Notes under the pieces: model-generated
What the model was told of the DNA's origin: nothing
The model's database searches: none
Seen by the model: only the letters and a program-made list of their open reading frames with translations
NCBI GenBank assembly: GCA_043809315.1
Contig: JAZDDX010000039.1
Coordinates: 1 to 64,000, forward strand
DNA length: 64,000 nt
Origin: Pseudomonadota bacterium
GTDB taxonomy: Bacteria > Bdellovibrionota_G > JALEGL01 > DATDPG01
Direction of reading: 5' to 3'
In this document: piece by piece, positions 37,710 through 45,201 of the stretch
Numbering within the stretch: position 1 is the stretch's first letter
Layout: each line of letters starts with the position of its first letter
Made by a program: the position numbers and the translations under genes

Positions 37710-39633
37710 TCTCTTGAAGCTCCCGCGGGTGCTGGTGTTCCATCTCTTCCTCGGTCACTTTGCCGGTCAAAAAGATCAGGCTGACCGGGTATTCGTCCGG
37801 GTGAAAGATGACGAAGAAGAAGTGCCAGACGGCGATCGAGAGCCCCGCCAGCCAGGCCTCGTAATAGTGGATCACGTCGGCCAACGGAATCCCCCAAGAG
37901 GGGAACCCAAATAACTGGCTGATCTCTACCGGGAACCAGAGGGCGAATCCTGTCGCTCCCATGATGATCGTCCCCCAGATGACCGCCCAGTATTCCGCTT
38001 TGTGGACGTACGAATACCGCCCCAGGTGTGGGCGTCGTGCGCCCCGGCGGCCGGTCAGCTGCATCCAGTAGTATTTGAGCGAATCCCGGACCTCGAGAAG
38101 GTCGCGGAACCGGGGGAGCAGCTCCTTGATTTCGTGGCGCCCTTTCGGCGTCCAAATCGAATGAACGACGTGCAGAACCCCGGCCAGGAGCATGACGATC
38201 GCCGCCCCCCGGTGGATCAAGCGACGCGCCTCCTCCCCGACGTGAACCCAGTTCAAGAGGATCGTCCAGGGGGCGTCGAAGAATCGCAGGGCAAAGCCGG
38301 TCACGACTAACGTGATGAAGCTGGTCAGAAGCATCCCGTGCGTCACCAGCTGGAAGTTCGTGAAGCGCCGGTACCCTTTCTCCTTCCTTTGTTTCCGGAA
38401 CTTCTGCACGACGGCGGAGAAAAAGATCAAGGCGTTGTGCGCCAGCATCCCGCCGATCGTCCCGAAGATCAGCCAAAGATAAAGCTGACGAACGTAGAAT
38501 AATATCGGGGCCGAGGCTGGTGAGGTCTGGAGATGGACGGGGGTCCGTGCGAACGTCTCCCTAGCCCCCGGGTGACAGTTCCCGCAGGTCTTGGCCAAGT
38601 TCGAAACATGGATCGACGAATTCGGGTCGGAGGACGGGAGAATCTTGTGTCCCCCGTGACAGCTGGCGCAACCCGCCACGGTGACCGATCCCCGGCGTAC
38701 GGCGAGGCCGTGGTAACTGTCCTCGTAACTTGCGGTTCTGCCGGTCGAGAGACCATATCGTTTGGTGAGCATCAGATCGTCGTGACATTTTCCGCAGGTT
38801 TTGGCTGCGAGATGTGCCGGCGAGACCGGCGAGTTGGCGTCGTGCGTCCGTAAGATGCCGTGCTCGCCGTGGCAGTCGGCGCAGGAGGGGGCGTCCTCGA
38901 TCCCCTTCGCCAACGCCTGACCGTGGATCGAAGCGGTGTAATCCTCCACCATCTTCGCATGGCAGCGGCCGCAAGCGGCCGGGATCGCCTTCTTGGCGGT
39001 CTTGGAGGTCATCTCCCGCCCCGGCTGAACGGTGTGGGCGCCGTGGCAGTCGCTGCAGACGGCGGCCTTGAGGTTCCCCGCGGCGACCGCTTTTCCATGA
39101 ACCGAATCTTTGTACGCCGCGAACGGGTCGGCGACCGGGATGTCGTATTTCCGGATGAGGCTCACTTGGGCGTGGCAGCGGGCGCACATGCCGGGAATAT
39201 TGGCCCTGGCCTGTTTCGAGGCGGGGTTGTCGGACGGGAGGATCTCGTGGAGGTTCCCGTGGCAGTCGGCGCAAGCCGGGGCATCGGTGATTCCCTTCGC
39301 GCGCGCCAGCCCGTGAAAGCTTGCGTTGTACTGTTTGACCGCATCCTCGTGGCAGGAGGAACAGTCGACCTTCGGCGGCGCCTCTTCATGCGCTTGGAAC
39401 GGTCCTTTCGCGTGGCAATCGACGCAGTCGAGCCCCCCGTGCACGGAGGCCTCGAAGGCCTTCACGTTCAGGCCGTCATGACACTCCAGACAGGTTTGGG
39501 GCCGGATCTTCTTCGCCCCGGCCGCGACCGCCGAGGAAACCCAGACGGCCGCAACCAGGAACGAAAGAAAACAGAGACTACTTCGCTTGCTTCTGCAAGT
39601 CGCGCGAGTAAGCGGTGATCGCTTTCGCTTCAT
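37675..39633 (-). CDS. 11-heme cytochrome c fused to cytochrome b (second CbcL-like protein)
   Basis: 11 CxxCH counted; TM His residues; YVHKAEYWAVIWG; start overlaps the upstream cytochrome gene by 56 nt. Confidence 0.9.
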   Translation of the reverse strand: MKRKRSPLTRATCRSKRSSLCFLSFLVAAVWVSSAVAAGAKKIRPQTCLECHDGLNVKAFEASVHGGLDCVDCHAKGPFQAHEEAPPKVDCSSCHEDAVKQYNASFHGLARAKGITDAPACADCHGNLHEILPSDNPASKQARANIPGMCARCHAQVSLIRKYDIPVADPFAAYKDSVHGKAVAAGNLKAAVCSDCHGAHTVQPGREMTSKTAKKAIPAACGRCHAKMVEDYTASIHGQALAKGIEDAPSCADCHGEHGILRTHDANSPVSPAHLAAKTCGKCHDDLMLTKRYGLSTGRTASYEDSYHGLAVRRGSVTVAGCASCHGGHKILPSSDPNSSIHVSNLAKTCGNCHPGARETFARTPVHLQTSPASAPILFYVRQLYLWLIFGTIGGMLAHNALIFFSAVVQKFRKQRKEKGYRRFTNFQLVTHGMLLTSFITLVVTGFALRFFDAPWTILLNWVHVGEEARRLIHRGAAIVMLLAGVLHVVHSIWTPKGRHEIKELLPRFRDLLEVRDSLKYYWMQLTGRRGARRPHLGRYSYVHKAEYWAVIWGTIIMGATGFALWFPVEISQLFGFPSWGIPLADVIHYYEAWLAGLSIAVWHFFFVIFHPDEYPVSLIFLTGKVTEEEMEHQHPRELQEIRAEAASKSPD

Positions 39634-39946
39634 CCGCGGTCACTTTATCCTTCATCGGTTTCATCTTGCCAGTTCCTTCGAGAATCGCCTTCTCGAACTC
39701 GGCATCCGACAGTTTCTTCGCGTCGGCGGAGACGATGGAGAGCTTCGCCATCTGCTTCTCGTCGAGCTTCATCGTCTTGGCGATCGGCAGCCATTTCCCG
39801 TCCTTCATGCCGCTGCCGTCCGGGGCGTGACAGGTCTTGCATTTCCCTTCATAGACCGCCTTACCATCGGCCGCAGCCTGCGAAAGATTCCACGCGGCAA
39901 CCGCAATCGCCGCCACCGTAACTCCCAACAACGTCTTCTTGAACAT
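39578..39946 (-). CDS. Periplasmic monoheme cytochrome c, paralog of 35765..36091
   Basis: ADGKAVY..KCKTCH, GKMKPM. Confidence 0.9.
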   Translation of the reverse strand: MFKKTLLGVTVAAIAVAAWNLSQAAADGKAVYEGKCKTCHAPDGSGMKDGKWLPIAKTMKLDEKQMAKLSIVSADAKKLSDAEFEKAILEGTGKMKPMKDKVTADEAKAITAYSRDLQKQAK

Positions 39947-39973
39947 ACTCTCTCCTCGTTTAGTTAATAGTTA

Positions 39974-42900
39974 CTACCTCAATGTCGCATTCGGGAAGTC
40001 GGTAGCAAATGAATTCCCCCCGAGCGCCGTGTACGTCCCCTGCAGAAGTTGGACATAGAACGCGGTGTTGTGAATCCCGAAGCTCGCCTCGCGCACCAGC
40101 AGGTTGTGGTTCCAGACGGCTCTTCGGAGACGGTTCCCCAAGGTCGTGTCCTTGCCGGCACTCGCCACTTTGTCGAGCTTCATACAGTCCGCATTTACTG
40201 CACAGACTGTCGCCGGATCGTTGTCACACTTCAAGGCCGTGGTCGTGCCGCACAACCCGTCTCCGCCAGCCCGGTTGAAGCCGTAGCCGCTACCCTGGGC
40301 CGGATAGATGCTCTTTGTCGCGGAGCCCCAGCTGAAGCGGATCGCGGTGGGTCCGCAGTCGGTATCGGCTGTGCAGGACTTCTCCGAGGTTCCGATCTTG
40401 TTCGTGCATTTCCCTGTGCCGGTGTTGCACGTCCCCCAGTCGAAAGAACCGTACGTGGTCGAAGTTTGGCCCAGGCGTTTGAACGTACAGTCGGCATCGG
40501 CCTGACACAAATCGGCATTGTCGAGCGAGCATCGCTGCACTACTTTCGTGCCCGACGGGTCGCCAGTGCCGTCACAATCGCTCGCGGCGCTGCACTTCCA
40601 CCCACTTGTGTAGTCGGTCCCTCCGATCGTCCAGATACAGTACTTCTGCGTTCCACCCGATGACGGGATCGCGCAGGCTCCGGTGGAGCCTACCCCGAAA
40701 ACGGCAGGGTCAAAAACCGTTGCGCTACACGTTCCACCCGTCGCGGAGCCGTCCAGCGTCCGGATCTTGGCCGCCACAGCGACCAACAGCCCCTTCATCT
40801 CGTCCTCGACCCCTTCGATCGTGCCGTCGCCGTCATAGTCGGCTCGCGCCGGGCGGTTGAAGTCGGTCAGGCCGATGTGGCACAACTGACAAGGCTTGAG
40901 GTTTTGGAGGTCGGTCGTTTCATACGACGGTTCGGTCTCCTCCCCTTCCAGGTGACCGATCCCGTGGCTCCGCCGCTGCTTGAAGGCGTGGCCGCCGACA
41001 TGCAAGTACCCCTCTTCGGTCGCGCTCGGGCCCGGGTACATGTGGCAGGTGACACACTTGTTGTTCTCGTTCGGGAGCGACGTGTCCCCGGTTACCGCCG
41101 CGAGATTGAACCCCGGCTGGGAGTGGAACGAGTTCTCCGTCAATGTGAAATCGGCCGTGCCGTCCTTGTCCAGGTCGGTCATCGCCGCCTTCCCTTCGAG
41201 AACCGCCGCCTGGCCGTTGTAGTGAACCTGGCGCAGGTAGAAGTCGGCGCTCTGTTCCGGCGTCATGCACATCCCATTCGTGAGGCCGTCAGGCACACTG
41301 TCGTCGGTGCCGTCGACCACGCCGTCGCGGTTGAAGTCACAGTCCGCCTCATCCCAGTTGTAGAGAGCGTCGTGGCATTTATAACAGACGGCCGCCTTCC
41401 CGGCGTTCACCGTCTGCCCCGTCGCGACCATTGTTACGTTCCCGAACGCTCGCAACTGGTTCGGATTCGTCGCGTCGTGCGGATCGTGACAGCCAGCGCA
41501 ACCCACGTTCACGAACGAGCCGTAGGTTTTGTCGACCGCGGTCAACTCCTCCCCGGCCGCATATTGCGCAAACCCCTCGGAGGTGTGACAACGAACGCAT
41601 CCCACTTCCGTAGGCCACTCGGCCTGGTCGGCCGTTTCGTTGTGCTTCGAGTTGACCCACTGGGCCTCTTCGAGATGGCACTGGCCGCAAACGCCGGTCT
41701 GGGCAAACGAGAAGGAGATCGCGGTCGGGTTGCCGTTGTGGAGACTCCCGGGGCCGTGACAGTTCTCACACTGAATGTTGGCAAGCGCGGCCACCTTCGG
41801 GTTTGCTGTCACAAAATCGGCGAAGGTCGCCGGCGCATCTGTGATCGAGAACCCTTCGGAGGTGACGAGATCGTCGAATCCGCCGTTCGCCGCGTCGGTG
41901 CAGTAACCGACCGTCTCGAATGCCCAAAGGTACGGTTCCGGGGCCAACGCCGACATCGAGGTATATGAATTCTCGAAAACGGAGGCGTGTTTCGTCTCTT
42001 TCCACTCCGTCACCATATCGGGCTCAACGACACCGTTGTGGCAGGTTCCGCATTCCGGAGCCCTCGGGCTGGTGCTCGCGATCGTACCGACGCCGACGAA
42101 CTCTGCGGCGTTGATTCGGATCTTGCCGGTTATCGCACCGCTCGTTGAACTGTACGCCACGGTGTAGAGACCCGCGACGTCCGGCGTGAATTTCGGGAAC
42201 TGAAGCGCCGAAGCGGAGGTTCCCGTATCGGCAAATGTGGCGGACGAACCGGACGGGCGCGTCAGAGTCCAGCTCCAGTCAGTGATTGCCGCGTAAGCCG
42301 GGGTCTGATTCGGGCCCCCCATATAAACGACCGTCCCAATCCCGACGTTGTTGAGACCGCTCGTCGGCCAGATGATCTTATCGTTGTCCTGGAGATAAAC
42401 CGGGAAAGTCGTTTCGTCCGAATTTCCATCGGCATCCGTGACCACCAGCTTGAAAAGAACCTGCAGATTGCTCGCCGAGATCGGAAGCGGCTGCCACTTG
42501 TACTGGTTGGCCGACGTTCTTGTCGTATTCGTATCGTCATCTTTCCCCACCTGCTCGATCCCGACGAGCCCGGGGGCTGTGAACGACAGGGTCGACTCGG
42601 TCAACGCTCCCGCCGGAATCGCGCTCGGCCCGGCCACCTGCGACCATTTGTAGGAAGCGATGGTTCCTGAAGCCCGGCTGGTCGCTCCGGACAAGATCCC
42701 GCCGGTTTGGTCGAGGTTCATTATATTCTCAGTCGCCCCGAACCGGGTTCGCGTCGTGACGGCCGATCCGTCCCCGTTCGTGATCGTCGCCAGGATCGTT
42801 TTCGCCGTGACGGTGAGCGTGTCGGTTGCTTTGCCGCTGTTGATGCTCAAGTGAAGGACGTAATCCCCCGCCTTGTCGGCCGTGAAGGTCGGTGCAAGCG

Positions 42901-43135
42901 ACGTACCGCCCGCCAGCGTCGCCGCCGATCCCGACGGACTCGACGTCAGCGTCCACTGCGCCGTCGTGACGTTGGTCGAGGAGGCGCCGTTCAGCGTGAC
43001 CTTGTCCCCCACCAGAACCTTCTGGTCCGCCCCGGCATTCGCCGTCGGCGTTCCGGCCGGCCCACTACTGGAACAACCAGCCACTGATAGCGCCAGTCCG
43101 ATGAGAACGGTCACAAACAGGTTCTTACGCTTCAT
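39974..43135 (-). CDS. Large 8-heme cytochrome c lipoprotein with PKD/Ig-like domains (putative extracellular conduit subunit)
   Basis: RBS GGAGGAG; ATG 43135; lipobox VAGC; PTANAGADQ PKD start; 8 CxxCH; C-terminal GIHN. Confidence 0.88.
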   Translation of the reverse strand: MKRKNLFVTVLIGLALSVAGCSSSGPAGTPTANAGADQKVLVGDKVTLNGASSTNVTTAQWTLTSSPSGSAATLAGGTSLAPTFTADKAGDYVLHLSINSGKATDTLTVTAKTILATITNGDGSAVTTRTRFGATENIMNLDQTGGILSGATSRASGTIASYKWSQVAGPSAIPAGALTESTLSFTAPGLVGIEQVGKDDDTNTTRTSANQYKWQPLPISASNLQVLFKLVVTDADGNSDETTFPVYLQDNDKIIWPTSGLNNVGIGTVVYMGGPNQTPAYAAITDWSWTLTRPSGSSATFADTGTSASALQFPKFTPDVAGLYTVAYSSTSGAITGKIRINAAEFVGVGTIASTSPRAPECGTCHNGVVEPDMVTEWKETKHASVFENSYTSMSALAPEPYLWAFETVGYCTDAANGGFDDLVTSEGFSITDAPATFADFVTANPKVAALANIQCENCHGPGSLHNGNPTAISFSFAQTGVCGQCHLEEAQWVNSKHNETADQAEWPTEVGCVRCHTSEGFAQYAAGEELTAVDKTYGSFVNVGCAGCHDPHDATNPNQLRAFGNVTMVATGQTVNAGKAAVCYKCHDALYNWDEADCDFNRDGVVDGTDDSVPDGLTNGMCMTPEQSADFYLRQVHYNGQAAVLEGKAAMTDLDKDGTADFTLTENSFHSQPGFNLAAVTGDTSLPNENNKCVTCHMYPGPSATEEGYLHVGGHAFKQRRSHGIGHLEGEETEPSYETTDLQNLKPCQLCHIGLTDFNRPARADYDGDGTIEGVEDEMKGLLVAVAAKIRTLDGSATGGTCSATVFDPAVFGVGSTGACAIPSSGGTQKYCIWTIGGTDYTSGWKCSAASDCDGTGDPSGTKVVQRCSLDNADLCQADADCTFKRLGQTSTTYGSFDWGTCNTGTGKCTNKIGTSEKSCTADTDCGPTAIRFSWGSATKSIYPAQGSGYGFNRAGGDGLCGTTTALKCDNDPATVCAVNADCMKLDKVASAGKDTTLGNRLRRAVWNHNLLVREASFGIHNTAFYVQLLQGTYTALGGNSFATDFPNATLR

Positions 43136-43163
43136 GGATTTCTCCTCCCTAACTTTTTGTTGG

Positions 43164-43838
43164 CTAAGACCGAGCATGACAAACCTCACAAGCGGTTCCG
43201 TTATCCGTGTGCCGCAGCGGCGTGTGGCAGGTCCGACAGTCGACCCCCACCCCATGCTTGGCGTTCGCGGGAAGTCTCGGCGTCAAGGCGTGCGACGTCG
43301 AACCGCGGTGACAGGTGGCACAACCCTGCCCCCCCACCGACTCGAGCGGGTAGTGACAGCTCACGCAGTGCCGGTTGAGCGGCGACCCCCACCCCGCCGT
43401 GTGCGTCATCGGACGGGTGCTCGAATGGCATCGCTCGCAGAAATCGGTGTGATGGCAGGTCTCGCACCGGGTTCGGTTGAATCCGACCTGGAGACCGTGT
43501 CCTTTGATCCGGAAGAACTGATTGTGATCCTGCGGCGTCGTCTGTTGATGGCAATCGTTGCAGAAGTAGGCCGAGGAGTGGCAGATCACACAGTAGTTCG
43601 TGTTCACCAGGCCGAAGCGGCGGATCAGCCGGCCGTGCTCCCGCATCCAGAGCACGTCGTGCCCCGGCGGCTTCGTCTTCGTCGACATCCCCTCCGTATG
43701 GCACTCGGTGCAATCCGTTTTCGTAGCGACCGCGGGGTGGTCGAACTTCGTCCCTTCGCACCCCTTGTTCCCCATCGCAAACGGGAGAAGCGCCGCCACC
43801 AGGACCGTGGGAACGACCGAGCGTCTCAAAACTTCCAT
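43164..43838 (-). CDS. 9-heme cytochrome c (OmaB-like conduit subunit)
   Basis: 9 CxxCH in 224 aa; repeated P..H...(W/F)...HG...CxxCH..FCxxCH units. Confidence 0.88.
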   Translation of the reverse strand: MEVLRRSVVPTVLVAALLPFAMGNKGCEGTKFDHPAVATKTDCTECHTEGMSTKTKPPGHDVLWMREHGRLIRRFGLVNTNYCVICHSSAYFCNDCHQQTTPQDHNQFFRIKGHGLQVGFNRTRCETCHHTDFCERCHSSTRPMTHTAGWGSPLNRHCVSCHYPLESVGGQGCATCHRGSTSHALTPRLPANAKHGVGVDCRTCHTPLRHTDNGTACEVCHARS

Positions 43839-45178
43839 ACGACCCTCGTGTCGACGGTGTGAAAATTCGCGAGCGAATCCTGCTCGAACTCGTATCCGAC
43901 CCGCCCATCGAGACTCTCCAGAATCTTCATCGAAACCCGGGCGAAATAGGTCCGGACATCCTCTGACTCGTTTCCCGTGAAGAGGTTATAGCGATAGAGG
44001 TAGAACGCCGTTCCCCCCGACAGCCGCATCCGCCGTTGCCAGACCTCCTGGTCCGCCGCGAACGATGCGCTGAACAGGTTGTTCTTGAACGTGCTGTCGG
44101 TCCCGTGAAAGTAATCGCCGGTAGCCGAAAGACTCATCCCTTCCAGCGGAAACCCGGCCGTCGAGACCGTTACGAAACCGCGCTGGTATCCGTGGTTGAA
44201 TGCGCTCCCGATCTGCGTGTCCCGCAGGAAGCGTCCCATATACCCGAGGTCGACGAAGAAGTGTTCTCCGAACCCTTTCGTGACCGTCGTCATCACCTCA
44301 AAAAACGGCTCGTACGAGCCGATGAATCCGTAAGCGTCGAAATCGATCGCCCGGATCCCTTGCGGCTTGAGGAGTGTGTAGAAGCGGTTCTCGATCGTCA
44401 GCTTCTGATCCGGAACAAGCATCCGGACCTCCGTACGGAGATCCCGAACCTGGTCCGAAAATGCCGTGAATCTCGTGCTGACCATTACGTTCGGGTCGAG
44501 ATCGAACCAGAGGCTGGTGCCGAAGAGCGTGTCTTCCTGATCGCCGAAGTTCGCGCGAAACCCGGATCCCTTATCCCGCAGATGAACCATGTCGAAACGG
44601 AACCGCGCCCAAGGTGCCGGATCGAACTGCAGCGCTCCGCCCGCCATCCAATCCCCGGTCTGATGACCGAGGCGGTTTTCAAACAGGTGGACCGGGATCC
44701 CGCCGAACGCGGTCACTGAAAGCCCCGCCGCGCTTCCCGTCTGGAGGGTCGCCCCGTCGTAATGAAGCGATTCGAATTCGTACCGGTACTGTCGGCCGGC
44801 CCGGAACTTCTCGAACGGGCCCGCTTCCTTCACGTCGACGTACGCGTGGTAGATCCGTTCGACCGCCGCCGAGTTGAACCCGCCGTAGACGTCGGCGAAC
44901 GGCCCGGTGTTCTTCCGGCCGTCCACGTTGAAGACCCCCCCCACCTGAACCGATCCGGTCACCCGATCCGAAAAAGCGTCCCCGAACTCGGCCGAACCGA
45001 CCGTTTCAATATCCTGGTCGCTGACCCCCTCCGCCGTCCGGAAGCGGTACCGCGTCGACAGGGATCCGTGGGTCGTATAGGCGAAAACCGGGGTAGCGGC
45101 GCATGCCAGAGCGAGGAAAAACCCAAATAGTTTCGGAAGAAATCCCACGAAGAAGAGAAAAGGATAAGAACGGCCCAT
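43826..45178 (-). CDS. Large outer-membrane beta-barrel porin (porin-cytochrome conduit)
   Basis: Signal peptide, amphipathic aromatic-rich strands, terminal VVWKF; overlaps the multiheme gene; alternative GTG start 45148. Confidence 0.82.
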   Translation of the reverse strand: MGRSYPFLFFVGFLPKLFGFFLALACAATPVFAYTTHGSLSTRYRFRTAEGVSDQDIETVGSAEFGDAFSDRVTGSVQVGGVFNVDGRKNTGPFADVYGGFNSAAVERIYHAYVDVKEAGPFEKFRAGRQYRYEFESLHYDGATLQTGSAAGLSVTAFGGIPVHLFENRLGHQTGDWMAGGALQFDPAPWARFRFDMVHLRDKGSGFRANFGDQEDTLFGTSLWFDLDPNVMVSTRFTAFSDQVRDLRTEVRMLVPDQKLTIENRFYTLLKPQGIRAIDFDAYGFIGSYEPFFEVMTTVTKGFGEHFFVDLGYMGRFLRDTQIGSAFNHGYQRGFVTVSTAGFPLEGMSLSATGDYFHGTDSTFKNNLFSASFAADQEVWQRRMRLSGGTAFYLYRYNLFTGNESEDVRTYFARVSMKILESLDGRVGYEFEQDSLANFHTVDTRVVWKF

Positions 45179-45201
45179 CTATGTCATATGATTTAGATCA
45201 C
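45161..45201 (-). promoter_or_regulatory. FNR/CRP-like box and -10 element of the porin-cytochrome operon
   Basis: GTGAT-CTAA-ATCAT (45201-45188) and TATCCT (45166-45161), with class II activator spacing. Confidence 0.55.
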
